A stretch of DNA of 64,000 nucleotides from an uncultured virus (IMG/VR IMGVR_UViG_3300022700_000241) (IMGVR_UViG_3300022700_000241); one strand, 5' to 3'. Positions 9,836 through 19,420 are shown, counted from the first letter of the stretch. The notes: generated by a model from the sequence alone, not told the origin. A program made the numbers and translations.

Positions 9836-10498
9836 ATGAGCAGAAAAGCTCCCGTCACGCGACGCACGCCCCAGCGCCCCAGTGGCCTCGGTCGCCCCCA
9901 GTCCAACGGCCTTGCCCGCACCGGTCTCGGCGAACCCGCCGCCGGGAACGTCAAGCGGTGGAAGGCCCCGTTCCAGAAGTCCGGCTCGGTCAACATCTCG
10001 CAGGACCGCGTAGGGTTTTTGACCGACCCCGAAGGGCCGGGACGCACGAACTTCCAGGTCACACCCGGGGACGTTGTTCGGGCGCGGGTCACCGTGTCCA
10101 CGTCCGGCAACATCAAAACCCGCCTCATGCTGACTCCCTCGAAGGGGGACGGCCCGATTTACGAGAAAGGCGTCGTAACCCAGTGGGTACAGGGCCAAAA
10201 CATTCCGCTCCAGGCCGAACTGACGGTCCCGGACGGAATGAGTTGGATGAGCGTTGCTCTGGACCAACCCAACTGGACGCCCGGGGAAGTGCCTTCGGAC
10301 GCCGACTACCCCTTTGAATTTACCGAGGGGCAGCAGACGGGCACGATCTCGTGGAAGAACGCGAAGATCACGGTCAACCGACCGCTCGGCCAGGGCGGCG
10401 GTGGTGGAACGATGCTCGGCGGCTTCTCCACGACCGACGCCTTGATTGCCGGTGGGGCGCTGGTCGGCGCCACGGTGCTCTTCGTGAGCATCAATTAA
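9836..10498 (+). CDS. GLG-leader / C-terminal-anchor family protein (beta-rich domain)
   Basis: Basic leader with GLG/GLA/GLGE, beta-rich body, GGGGG linker, terminal hydrophobic helix ALIAGGALVGATVLFVSIN. Confidence 0.8.
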   Translation: MSRKAPVTRRTPQRPSGLGRPQSNGLARTGLGEPAAGNVKRWKAPFQKSGSVNISQDRVGFLTDPEGPGRTNFQVTPGDVVRARVTVSTSGNIKTRLMLTPSKGDGPIYEKGVVTQWVQGQNIPLQAELTVPDGMSWMSVALDQPNWTPGEVPSDADYPFEFTEGQQTGTISWKNAKITVNRPLGQGGGGGTMLGGFSTTDALIAGGALVGATVLFVSIN

Positions 10499-10502
10499 CC
10501 GG

Positions 10503-11012
10503 TCACAGGCGGCGAAGGCCTTGGGGAACGACGCGCTCGGCGCGCTCTCCTGCCGCGCGGGCGATCTCCATGTAGGTCTCCTCGGGGAGGCGATCTTTGG
10601 CCTCCTCGACGAAGAACTGCTTCCACGAGAGCGAGTCAATCTTCCGCAGGGCCTCCTCAAAAGAGCCCTCGGGGATGTTGCCCGGCTCGGCAGTCGGTTG
10701 GTCGGGGCTCGTGCCGCGGGACTGGAGCATCTGGATGTACTGGATGTTGCGCCCCATCGCTTTCTTCGCGTACTGGGCGCTGTTGAACCAGTCCTGGTCG
10801 GCGTACTCTCCGTCTTTGGCCGCCTTCTGCCGAGCCTCGTTAAGCTGGGCCTCGATGGAGTCAATGCGCTCCTGGAGGCGGATCTTCATCTCTTGGAGTT
10901 GTTCGGGGTTCATCTTGCGGAGCCGCCGCTTCTGCTCCTCTCTTTCCATGTCCCCAAACCGGTCGACGAACGCTTCGGTAATTCTCTGGTCGGTTTCCGC
11001 GTCGCTACTCAT
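10503..11012 (-). CDS. hypothetical coiled-coil protein
   Basis: Heptad-rich ORF, converges on the 9836 gene. Confidence 0.7.
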   Translation of the reverse strand: MSSDAETDQRITEAFVDRFGDMEREEQKRRLRKMNPEQLQEMKIRLQERIDSIEAQLNEARQKAAKDGEYADQDWFNSAQYAKKAMGRNIQYIQMLQSRGTSPDQPTAEPGNIPEGSFEEALRKIDSLSWKQFFVEEAKDRLPEETYMEIARAAGERAERVVPQGLRRL

Positions 11013-11481
11013 CGGCGATGGCTTTCATTTGTTCAGTGGCGATGTAGCAGGCGCATTCCGCCCCGTGCTCTTCCTGGAGGGTGAAGCAGGTCCCCTCCTG
11101 GAAGTCGTAAATGTCATAGATGCCGGAGCACTCCTCGTCAACGAAAGAGGAGACGGCAGGGCTTCCCTCATCCTTTAGCTTCCTTGCCCACCCCCGAGCG
11201 CTCCCAATCCAGCGGAGACCCTGCCGGAGGTACTCGGGGCACTCCGGGTCTTCGGTCCAACGGTCAAGGCGACGACCGGCAGCCCGCAGGCAGGCGCGCA
11301 GCTTCTCGATCTCGCCGGGCTCCCCATACCCATCGAGCTTCCCGTAGCTCCCGTACACCTTGTGCAGGAAGCGCTCGTAAAGGGGGGTGTGGGCGTGGCC
11401 CTCCCGAAGCGACTCATTGAGGGAGCCGATGCGTTCGGCTTGCACAGAAATGCGCCATTTCGAGAGTTCAAGGTCAGACAT
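11005..11481 (-). CDS. hypothetical protein
   Basis: ORF coupled to downstream gene; degenerate promoter upstream. Confidence 0.6.
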   Translation of the reverse strand: MSDLELSKWRISVQAERIGSLNESLREGHAHTPLYERFLHKVYGSYGKLDGYGEPGEIEKLRACLRAAGRRLDRWTEDPECPEYLRQGLRWIGSARGWARKLKDEGSPAVSSFVDEECSGIYDIYDFQEGTCFTLQEEHGAECACYIATEQMKAIADE

Positions 11482-11539
11482 TACTCGACTCGTGTTGTGA
11501 TGGGCCGCGGAGGTTGCGCCGCCCTCTTTTTGCTATCTG

Positions 11540-11569
11540 TTATAAGCCGTACAATAAAGGGGTGTTTCG
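11540..11569 (-). promoter_or_regulatory. degenerate copy of the GGAAC/GAAAC promoter
   Basis: Minus strand GAAAC-N17-CTTATAAC upstream of 11481. Confidence 0.5.
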
Positions 11570-11572
11570 ACG

Positions 11573-11863
11573 ATGGGATGGGAGAGTGACCTGCGGATCC
11601 TGCATGACTTTTACGACGGCTGGGCGGGGGTGGCCCACAACCTCCAGGTACAAGTCACCGCCGACTGGCTTCGCAAGTGCCTCCAGGAGGAGGACTCGAC
11701 GCCGAGTACGAAGATCCAGGAGGCGATCACGGCACATGCCAACGGCACCGACGGAACGCGGGCGCTCTCTCCAGGCTCGGACGACGAGTCTGGCAAAGGA
11801 CCTCCCCAACTCGATACGAGACTCGCGGACGATCTCAACATGACGCCACGGGATTCAATGTAG
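11573..11863 (+). CDS. hypothetical protein, possibly HTH-like
   Basis: 96-aa acidic ORF divergent from 11481. Confidence 0.45.
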   Translation: MGWESDLRILHDFYDGWAGVAHNLQVQVTADWLRKCLQEEDSTPSTKIQEAITAHANGTDGTRALSPGSDDESGKGPPQLDTRLADDLNMTPRDSM

Positions 11864-11945
11864 TAGTCGGGACCAGACCGCGCTCCGTCTCATTATAGAC
11901 CCGACGCTACCGATCACCGGACCTGCCACACGAGACTCCTCTGCC

Positions 11946-12836
11946 ATGTCCAGCCCAACACGGCGCCTCCAGAAGAAGAGAAGCGGCCTCGGCCAACTCC
12001 CGTGGGAGAACGGTGGTGGCCCGCCCCACGAGCCTGTTCTGGCCCAGGTGTGGAAGCACGCCAACTTCCAGGGCAACACGCTCAAGATGAGTGCCCCCGA
12101 GACGGGGAAGGCGACGTTCAACTACGACGACCTCTCCAACGAGGGCCTTCACGACCAAATCTCCTCGATACGGGTACAACCCGGCACGAAGGTCTCCCTG
12201 TTTAAGCACGTCGAGGGCGGGGAGCCCCAGCCCGCGAAATGGGACGTGATTGCCGAGGGTGGCATCAAGGAAATCGCCAACTTCAAAAACAGCCGCATCC
12301 CCAACGACGAAATCTCGGCCATCACCGTCGAGCGGCTCGCGCCCACAGACGGAGGCGGCGGAAACGGCAGCGGCGGGAACGGCGGAGGAGGGAACGGTGG
12401 CGGGAACGGCGGAGGAGGGAACGGCTCGTCGGGCGGCACGAGCGCCCCGACGGCTCCCTCACAGGGGCTCGTCGTTACCCGTGTAAGCTCAAGCGGGGTC
12501 GTGGTCCGAACTCCGGAAGCCTTCCAGGTTGGCGTAGAGTTTCCGTCCGGCTCGCAGGTCGCCCTCGCAACGCCGCAGGGCGGGGTTGCGCAGTTTACGA
12601 TCCAGACGGTCCAGCCCGCCGAAAGTGGGAAGACCCTCATTGTCACCAGTCCTCCGCCGGGGAGCGCGGCCCAGCAAGCGCTCCAGTCGAGCGCGCCGGT
12701 TCGGCTTTTTCCGATGTCGGGCCAAGGCGGCGGAGGCGGAGGAGGACAGTTCATCAAGGGCGTCCCGAACACCGCCCTTGCCATCGGCGGATTCGCGGTG
12801 GTCGGCAGTATGCTCTTCGTCGTCGCCAGCCAGTAG
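11946..12836 (+). CDS. GLG-leader / C-anchor family protein with beta/gamma-crystallin domain
   Basis: MSSPTRRLQKKRSGLGQ leader; WKHANFQG, HDQISSIRV, NDEISAI Greek-key motifs; GGN linker; FIKGVPNTALAIGGFAVVGSMLFVV anchor. Confidence 0.85.
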   Translation: MSSPTRRLQKKRSGLGQLPWENGGGPPHEPVLAQVWKHANFQGNTLKMSAPETGKATFNYDDLSNEGLHDQISSIRVQPGTKVSLFKHVEGGEPQPAKWDVIAEGGIKEIANFKNSRIPNDEISAITVERLAPTDGGGGNGSGGNGGGGNGGGNGGGGNGSSGGTSAPTAPSQGLVVTRVSSSGVVVRTPEAFQVGVEFPSGSQVALATPQGGVAQFTIQTVQPAESGKTLIVTSPPPGSAAQQALQSSAPVRLFPMSGQGGGGGGGQFIKGVPNTALAIGGFAVVGSMLFVVASQ

Positions 12837-12852
12837 GGATCGGCCACACGTC

Positions 12853-13551
12853 GTGAAAAGGTACGTGCAGTTCTCATTCCAGAGCGGCGCCCGAAAGAAC
12901 ACCTACGAGCGCGTCCGAAAGGCAACACGACTCGAACGCCTCCCCGGCATTCATCCGGTCTCGAACCTCTGGGCCGAGGCAGTCCGCGAGTACGTCAGCG
13001 GGGCAGGCCAACAGGTCGGAGGCGACTCGCGGTTCTTCAACAACATCGTGAAGAACGACTTCGGGAATATCGTCAACGAGGGAGGCACCGACAAGTGGGT
13101 AATCGTCCCCATGCTGTCGGAGGCAGACCTTCGACCAATACGGGAGGCAGTTCGAGAAAAGATGCCGTTCCTCCTGGCCGAAAACGACGTAACCCTCGAC
13201 GAGCCGATTCCCGAGCGGGGGATTGAGGACACGAAAACCCTCGCGGACTGGATGGTCGAGTTCTTCTCTTCGGGCATTGAGGTCGTTTCCGAGCGCCAGT
13301 CCCCGGTCAAAAATGGACAGAGGCTCACCGAGGAGCTTCCCATTAGCGGAGAGCCCTGGCGCGCGCTCATCGCAGAAGTGGGGCAGTGGGGCAAAAGCCC
13401 GAGGGGTCTCACCGAGAGAGCGGGGAGCGGAGGCGGCTTTGCTCCGCCGACTGGAGGTCAACGGAAAGCCGCGGGACTGGGAGCGAACACGTTTATCATC
13501 GGGAGCGCGGCCCTGGCCGCGTCCATAATCATCATCGGATCAAGCACGTAG
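12853..13551 (+). CDS. C-anchor family protein, paralog of 21754-22734
   Basis: GTG start 16 nt after upstream stop; DKWVIVP, LADW, EVGQWG shared with the 21754 protein; terminal TM helix. Confidence 0.75.
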   Translation: MKRYVQFSFQSGARKNTYERVRKATRLERLPGIHPVSNLWAEAVREYVSGAGQQVGGDSRFFNNIVKNDFGNIVNEGGTDKWVIVPMLSEADLRPIREAVREKMPFLLAENDVTLDEPIPERGIEDTKTLADWMVEFFSSGIEVVSERQSPVKNGQRLTEELPISGEPWRALIAEVGQWGKSPRGLTERAGSGGGFAPPTGGQRKAAGLGANTFIIGSAALAASIIIIGSST

Positions 13552-13555
13552 CGCC

Positions 13556-13780
13556 ATGCTAAACTCTCTTCTCGCACCGATCTTCAAGGGCCTCCGAGGG
13601 CTTCTCGTCATCATTCTCTGGGGTGGCATACTCATCTACATCGACCAGAGCTACCCCACGCTCCTGGACGGATGGTACTGGAGCATCGGTCTCTACGGAA
13701 TGTTCTTGGTCCTGGCCCTCACGTGGCTTTACTACGGAACCGGCCAGCACCTCAAGCCCGACCCCAACAGCGACGGGTGA
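13556..13780 (+). CDS. small two-TM membrane protein
   Basis: Two hydrophobic helices; ATG 4 nt after upstream stop. Confidence 0.7.
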   Translation: MLNSLLAPIFKGLRGLLVIILWGGILIYIDQSYPTLLDGWYWSIGLYGMFLVLALTWLYYGTGQHLKPDPNSDG

Positions 13781-13783
13781 GCC

Positions 13784-16393
13784 CTATTCGGGCACGTAGC
13801 TCCCGCTGGTCGTAAGGCGGATCTCATCAATCCGGATCCCGCCCTCACGCATCCGGAAGAGGAGCAACCCGGGGCCGGTCTCGGCCACCTCAATGGTCAT
13901 GGGGCCTTGCTCGGTGACGCCGAAGCTGGAGCCGCCGGTGTTTACCCAAACCCACTCGCCGGTCTGCGCCTCTGCTAAGTCGCCGTGTGCGTCGGAGTAG
14001 ATGTCGTTGTAGCTGTGCCACGTGTCGGTGGGGTCCCGGACGTGAAACGAATTGTCCGCTCCTGCGCCGCCGCTGTGAGCCACTCGGAGCCAAAGGTAAT
14101 GCGGCCCGGTCGCGCAGAAGTCAACCGGCACGTCGAACAGTGCCGCCCCTGTCGTTTGGGGGAACGGCTGACCCTCTGGGCTCTCGGGAAGGGCAAGCGC
14201 GTAGCCGTTCCCGGTGGCCGTCGAGGTATCACGGCGAACCCAATTGGTGTCGCCGTAGGCGTACTTGCGCGCCCGAGCGGCGTCAATCTCCACGAGGTTG
14301 CTCGGGTCTTCTAAGTTGCAGTTCTGGAGCGCCTCGTCTCCGTCGCTGTACGGGTACGTCGTCGTGACGCCGATGGTGAGGCTCCCAGTCTCGACCGTAT
14401 CGTCTGGGTAGTCCGGCTTCTCGACCGAAAGGGTATCGACGGAAAAGAACACGTCGTCGTTGTAGCCGCCCTCATCGCAAATCTCAATGTCGACCTGCTC
14501 GCACGGCTCGAACACCGGCCACATCGAATAGGCCACATCTTCCGACCGGTCGTAAATCTCGAAGGAGAAGTCCTCCCCTTCGTACATCCCCGGCTGTTCG
14601 GGAAGCCCCAGGGTCGAGTCGAGCTTGGCGGCGACCGCCAGAGTGAAGATGCCGCCGGACGAAACCGGGATGTGACCCACGCAATTCCCCCTCGGACTCA
14701 CCGCCGCAACCGTATCATCCTCGGCGAGGGGCTCGCCACTGGGAAAGCTGTAGTCATAGGGCGCGTTGACCGTCGCATTATCCACGTTCGTCGCGCAGTC
14801 TTCCGAGTAGACGAACGAGGGGTCTCCTCCGGTCACGGGCTCCTCTTCAACCACCTGCGACGAGTCCGAGACTGTCGCCCCCGCCGAGTCAATGGCCGTA
14901 ATGAGGATCTGGTAGGTGTCCCCGCTCCCGTCCTCGTCGGCGGACACGAAGCGAAACGGCTCGCCGGGGTTGTTCGAGGCGGATTGCCCGTCGCCCCACT
15001 GCTCGGCGGGAAAAGTCGCCTCATCCCGGGTCTGCCCGGTCGTGAGGTTGCGAAGCTCGAACTGGAGGGAGTCGAGGTTGCCATTCGGGTCAGAGGCGCC
15101 CCAGGTCACATCGAAATGCGCGTTGTCGCTCGGGTGCGCCGCCGTGTCGATAGACACCGAGTCAACGGCAGGGGCGAAGTTCTCCTCCTCAAACTCTTCG
15201 ACCACCTGCGCCGAGTCGGCATCGGTGAGGCCTTCGGTATCGTACACCGTTAGGCGGATCTCGTAGGTGTCCCCACTACCATCTTCTCCCTCGGCAGTAA
15301 AGCGGAACGGGTTGCCGGGGTTGTTCGAGGCTTCACTGCCATCGCCCCAGTTGAGGGGGTCGAAGCCGATGCTCTTTTTCCGCTCCCCCTGGCTCACATT
15401 CCAAAGCTCGAAGTGGAGACTGTCGAGGTTCGCGTTCTCGTCGCTTACGCCCCACCTCACGTCGAAATGAGCAGCGTTGTTTGGGCTGGAGGCTGTATCT
15501 ATCGAGATTGAATCGACCACCGGGGCGACGTTCTCCTCCACAAACTCCTCGGTCACCTGGGCGGAGTCGCTGGCCGAAAGCCCCGTCTCGTCGTAGGCCG
15601 TGAACTGGATCTGGTAGGTATCCCCGCTCCCGTCCTCCCCCGGAGCCACGAACCGAAAGGGGGAGCCCGGGTCGTTTGACGCTTCCGACCCGTCGCCCCA
15701 GGCCAGCGCGTCGTAGGTCGACTCGTCCACGACCGCTCCAGTCGTGAGATTGCGAAGCTCGAAGTGGAGGCTATCGAGGTCCCCGTCCGGGTCAGAAGCG
15801 CTCCAGTACACGTCGAACTCCGCGTCGACGGAGGGCGTGTCGGCAGTATCAATAGAGAGCCCCCCGACCGAGGGTGCGATTGGATCCTCATCGGTCGTGT
15901 CCTCCGGCGGGGGCATTGGGAGAGGCACCCCCTCCCCGAGGAGCCCGAGGTTGCGAAGACAGGTGACCTTCGATTGAAGCGTGGCGTATTCGGTCGAGTC
16001 CTCCATTGCCTGCCGGGGGAGGTCGCGAACGTCGTCGAGCACGTCGTCGACTGCAAACGGCTCGCTGACCGCAGGACACTTGGCCTCGTCGACTTTCTCA
16101 ACGGTCTCGTACCAGAAGCCGGTCGTGTCCCCGGGAGCGACGCGGCGCACGATGTCTTTGCCTGCGCAGGCGATTCCGTCTCCGTCCCTGTCGAGGCCAA
16201 ACGGATCTGCCGTGGAGTCCTGCACGAGCCACTGCACGGCAACGTACGTGCCTTGCGCCTCAAGGATGGAATCGAAGTCCGAGCAGTTCTTGTCGGCGAT
16301 GGTCGTGTCGATGTCGACGGTGATCTGCGCCGCCGCGACCATCGGAAGCAACATGCCAAGAACTACAAGAAATGCTACTCTCTTGGCCCACAT
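13784..16393 (-). CDS. large secreted acidic protein: signal peptide, Excalibur Ca-binding domain, three Ig-like repeats, C-terminal CBM-like domain
   Basis: MWAKR+hydrophobic+AAA-Q signal; DKNCSDF...DPFGLDRDGDGIAC; three ~117-aa repeats FDVxWxxSDxxxxLDSLxFELxN; terminal YLWLRV...DNSFHV...MREGGIRIDEIRLT. Confidence 0.85.
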   Translation of the reverse strand: MWAKRVAFLVVLGMLLPMVAAAQITVDIDTTIADKNCSDFDSILEAQGTYVAVQWLVQDSTADPFGLDRDGDGIACAGKDIVRRVAPGDTTGFWYETVEKVDEAKCPAVSEPFAVDDVLDDVRDLPRQAMEDSTEYATLQSKVTCLRNLGLLGEGVPLPMPPPEDTTDEDPIAPSVGGLSIDTADTPSVDAEFDVYWSASDPDGDLDSLHFELRNLTTGAVVDESTYDALAWGDGSEASNDPGSPFRFVAPGEDGSGDTYQIQFTAYDETGLSASDSAQVTEEFVEENVAPVVDSISIDTASSPNNAAHFDVRWGVSDENANLDSLHFELWNVSQGERKKSIGFDPLNWGDGSEASNNPGNPFRFTAEGEDGSGDTYEIRLTVYDTEGLTDADSAQVVEEFEEENFAPAVDSVSIDTAAHPSDNAHFDVTWGASDPNGNLDSLQFELRNLTTGQTRDEATFPAEQWGDGQSASNNPGEPFRFVSADEDGSGDTYQILITAIDSAGATVSDSSQVVEEEPVTGGDPSFVYSEDCATNVDNATVNAPYDYSFPSGEPLAEDDTVAAVSPRGNCVGHIPVSSGGIFTLAVAAKLDSTLGLPEQPGMYEGEDFSFEIYDRSEDVAYSMWPVFEPCEQVDIEICDEGGYNDDVFFSVDTLSVEKPDYPDDTVETGSLTIGVTTTYPYSDGDEALQNCNLEDPSNLVEIDAARARKYAYGDTNWVRRDTSTATGNGYALALPESPEGQPFPQTTGAALFDVPVDFCATGPHYLWLRVAHSGGAGADNSFHVRDPTDTWHSYNDIYSDAHGDLAEAQTGEWVWVNTGGSSFGVTEQGPMTIEVAETGPGLLLFRMREGGIRIDEIRLTTSGSYVPE

Positions 16394-16482
16394 ATCACGG
16401 TCGTCTCTATGAGTCAGAGGCGTGTAAATACATGAGCTTTAAGCATAAACAAAGGTTCTTGGTCCCCAGTCCTCACAAATAC

Positions 16483-16509
16483 AAAAACCCGAGGGAATTA
16501 GCCCTCGGG
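16483..16509 (-). terminator. intrinsic terminator
   Basis: CCCGAGGG/CCCTCGGG hairpin followed by a T tract on the minus strand, downstream of primase. Confidence 0.7.
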
Positions 16510-16582
16510 ACGGCACGTTCGCCCGGTGCGCCGCGGCCCGGCTGGCTTCCACGCCAGGGGCGCTCCTACCGGGGATGCCGCC

Positions 16583-17578
16583 CTACGTTGCAAACCCGAG
16601 GGCGCCAGACTGTGATTGTCCAGAAAAAAGCTGTCGGTCGTTCATCTCCAGGTGCCTTGAGGCCTCCAGGAGGATCATCTGCCGAAGAGGTTCGGTCGGG
16701 GCAGACTCCGCGGCGGCTACGATTTCTCGCTCTACGGTCGCTTCCGGCTCATAGTCGCCGCTTTCGGCAGCCCTCGTCAGGAGCTTCCCGAGCCCGATGT
16801 GCTGTTTCTCAAGCCACCATCGAAGACCGTCCAGGCCCTCCTCCCGGGCATACTCGTGGGGGTCGAGGCCATCGGGTAAAATCGCGGCACGGGGCACAAG
16901 GCCCGACGCAATCGCCCGCTTCATGCCCCGAATGGTGGAGGTGACCCCAGCCTCGTCAGGGTCGTAGGCAAAGACGACCTTCGAGGCTCGATTCGAGAGC
17001 ATCCCTACCTGCGTGCGCGTGAGGGCCGTCCCGCTGGACGCCACGACGTTGATGAGCCCCTCGGACTGGAGCGTAATCACGTCCGTGTACCCCTCGGTGA
17101 TAACGGCAGTACCGGTCTTCTCGATAGCTGAACCGGCCCGCCACATGCCGTAAAGATACCGGTCTTTGTCGTAGTGGTCGGTGGCCGGGGAGTTGATGTA
17201 CTTCGGCCCTTCCTCCTCATTGGAGAGAAGGCGCCCGGCAAACCCCAGGGGCTTTTCCTCCTCCGAGTAGAGAGGGAAGATGAGCCGATTCCGAAAGCGG
17301 TCGTAGTGGCCGGAGGATTGGCGCGGCTTGACCAGTCCCGCCTCGACGAGCGTGCTCGCGGAGAAGCCCCGCCTACGGGCCGCGATGAGAAGAGCGTCCC
17401 ACGAGTCCGGCGCCCAGCCCAGTCCATACTCGTCGGCGACTCCTCTCCCATAACCGCGCTCCCCGAGGTACTGGACGGCTTTTTGCCCAGCATCGGTTTC
17501 GGTTAAATGGTAGTGGAAGAACCTCTCGGCAAAAGAGAGGGACTCATCTGTCGTGTCCGCCCAGTTTGACTCGGCCAT
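16583..17578 (-). CDS. dnaG: bacterial-type DNA primase catalytic core (TOPRIM) lacking the N-terminal zinc-binding domain
   Basis: YLGERG, DRFRNRLIFP, GFAGR, PKYINSP, EGYTDV, SSGTAL, YDPDEAG, DPHEY; start at MAESNW just after upstream stop. Confidence 0.9.
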   Translation of the reverse strand: MAESNWADTTDESLSFAERFFHYHLTETDAGQKAVQYLGERGYGRGVADEYGLGWAPDSWDALLIAARRRGFSASTLVEAGLVKPRQSSGHYDRFRNRLIFPLYSEEEKPLGFAGRLLSNEEEGPKYINSPATDHYDKDRYLYGMWRAGSAIEKTGTAVITEGYTDVITLQSEGLINVVASSGTALTRTQVGMLSNRASKVVFAYDPDEAGVTSTIRGMKRAIASGLVPRAAILPDGLDPHEYAREEGLDGLRWWLEKQHIGLGKLLTRAAESGDYEPEATVEREIVAAAESAPTEPLRQMILLEASRHLEMNDRQLFSGQSQSGALGFAT

Positions 17579-17580
17579 CG

Positions 17581-18258
17581 TTATGCGTCCTGTGGATTGA
17601 AGTCCCCATCGTAGCGCTCCTCGAAGAGATCCTCCATGCCCTTCGCGGTTGAAAGTCCGATTCCGGCGGCCCCTCTGTGTTGGTGCTTCTCCAACGCTCG
17701 GGCAACTTGCTGGACCGTAGAACAATGAGACTGAACGACCCACCGGGCCGCCGGGACCCCGCGGGAGACCTTGCCGGAGCGCATCGCGTAGGCGGCGACC
17801 GAGGACGGGTCCTTCGGGCTCAGTGGCCCGACCACCGGCACGTCGTGAGGCGTGAACTGAACCGGCGCCTCGGCCCCGCAGATGGGGCAGGCGCGGACCA
17901 TCACAAGATCCTCGCAGAAGTCAAACCAGAACCGACCGTCTCCGGACTCGACGCAGAGAACGTGCGTGGCGTCCTTGTTGGAGAACACCACCGGCGTCTC
18001 TCGGTCCTCCCGGCGCTCCCACTTGCAGAAGTGCCGACGGTCTATCGAGCCGTGATGCACGTGCTGCTCGCTTTCGGTGGAGGCCTCCGCCGGGCTCAAG
18101 TGGGCGTGCGTCGGGCAAAACAGGGCCGTCCCGTCGACGGACGCCTTTCCCACCCAAGGGGTCCGGTCCAGTAGAAACTCGGCGGCTTCCTCCTGGTCGA
18201 GGCCGGGCACGATGATCGTGTCCTCACACTCGGTACAGGTAAAGACAAAGCGGTCCAT
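17581..18258 (-). CDS. multi-Cys putative zinc-binding protein
   Basis: CTEC, CPTH, CPIC motifs; stop 2 nt before primase start. Confidence 0.65.
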   Translation of the reverse strand: MDRFVFTCTECEDTIIVPGLDQEEAAEFLLDRTPWVGKASVDGTALFCPTHAHLSPAEASTESEQHVHHGSIDRRHFCKWERREDRETPVVFSNKDATHVLCVESGDGRFWFDFCEDLVMVRACPICGAEAPVQFTPHDVPVVGPLSPKDPSSVAAYAMRSGKVSRGVPAARWVVQSHCSTVQQVARALEKHQHRGAAGIGLSTAKGMEDLFEERYDGDFNPQDA

Positions 18259-18274
18259 GACAGGTGGGGCCGGT

Positions 18275-18502
18275 TCAGTCCGACCATGCTGCGTCGCAGA
18301 AATCGAGGTTGCGGATTACAGGGATCCGGCGCCGCTCGACGTAGGTGTTGTCCAGGGCGAGCCACTCCATTACGGTCTCGGGCACGTCGGGTGAAGTCGC
18401 CGAAATCATTGCGACGACCCCGGAGCACTTCCGGCAGTGGCATACGTAGCCGAAGTCCTCGGCGGAGGGCTCGTGTCCGGACCCATGATCGTCGTTAGCC
18501 AT
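18275..18502 (-). CDS. small Cys-rich protein
   Basis: CHCRKC...FC. Confidence 0.55.
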   Translation of the reverse strand: MANDDHGSGHEPSAEDFGYVCHCRKCSGVVAMISATSPDVPETVMEWLALDNTYVERRRIPVIRNLDFCDAAWSD

Positions 18503-18845
18503 CGGCAGTTCCGTTTTCTATTCCAGAAAAACGAGTCGAGTAGGTGAGGTGGGTAAGCAAAAGGCCCTCTGGGACCTCGCCGTTTTGGATCCGCTGCATG
18601 TCCGCCTCGGGAATGGGCCACTGAACGGAACCGTAGCCCAGGTCACCGAGAATCTCGGAAGCCGCCTCGCGGAGGTCGTCCATCGAGCCCGGCTGCTTGG
18701 TCAACCGCCGATTGACCTCTCGAATTTCCTCTTCGGTGATCTCCCCAACCGCCTCCTCCGGCAGCTTCCCGTAGGTGCAGAGCCCGTCGTCGTTGAGTAG
18801 GACGGCGGCGTTGGGATCGTCGACGGTCGTTTGCTTTGCGTTCAT
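18495..18845 (-). CDS. hypothetical protein
   Basis: Acidic ORF in operon. Confidence 0.6.
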   Translation of the reverse strand: MNAKQTTVDDPNAAVLLNDDGLCTYGKLPEEAVGEITEEEIREVNRRLTKQPGSMDDLREAASEILGDLGYGSVQWPIPEADMQRIQNGEVPEGLLLTHLTYSTRFSGIENGTADG

Positions 18846-18875
18846 AGCGCTGGTGGCGAAGAGCCATTGGTGGTG

Positions 18876-19352
18876 TTACGGTGATTTGATTTGAGGACGC
18901 TCCTCCAGCGTCACGAGCGCTACGCCGACGTGCCCGTCCCCGCCAAGGGTGAGCACCGGGATCTCCTCGCCCATCTCGTAGCTCATGAGGAGCTTGCGAA
19001 GCCGCTTGTAGAGCGAGACCGACTGGTGTTTAATGTGCTCCTTTACTTCGGACCGCCCGTTCCAGACGGCCCACACGATCTCGCCCTCATCATCCCGACC
19101 GACGTGAAGCATCTGCGGGGTCCCGCTGTCGTTGAACTGCTCCCGGTCGATGGTGAACGCAGGGGACTCGTCCCAATCGTCCCGAAGCGCGTCCGCGGTG
19201 TAGGCAATGAGCCGCATGGCGTCCGTCTCAAACTCGTGGGACTCGACGCCGGAATCCGACTCGCCGTTCGGGGAGCGCTCCCCGACGTTGCGGTTTGGGA
19301 TTGGCGTTGCGTTTTCGGGAGTCTCTTCGGGGGAGGGGTCAGTCTCGCTCAT
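18876..19352 (-). CDS. hypothetical protein
   Basis: First gene after a degenerate promoter. Confidence 0.65.
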   Translation of the reverse strand: MSETDPSPEETPENATPIPNRNVGERSPNGESDSGVESHEFETDAMRLIAYTADALRDDWDESPAFTIDREQFNDSGTPQMLHVGRDDEGEIVWAVWNGRSEVKEHIKHQSVSLYKRLRKLLMSYEMGEEIPVLTLGGDGHVGVALVTLEERPQIKSP

Positions 19353-19389
19353 TGCAAGCAGTCAATTATTCGGCTCTATGTTGGGCTTA

Positions 19390-19420
19390 GTTGTAAGTGC
19401 TTTAAGAGGCCGATGTTTCC
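19390..19420 (-). promoter_or_regulatory. degenerate copy of the GGAAC/GAAAC promoter
   Basis: Minus strand GAAAC-atcggcctcTTAAAGca-CTTACAAC (N17). Confidence 0.6.

Noticed and set aside
12586..12852. N-terminal extension of the 12586-13551 ORF
   Set aside because: Overlaps the 11946 gene in another frame with R/S-rich junk; GTG 12853 is the plausible start.
14850..15890. Triplicated sequence as a diversity-generating retroelement template/variable pair
   Set aside because: Repeats are in-frame protein domains with general divergence, not adenine-specific, and there is no reverse transcriptase.
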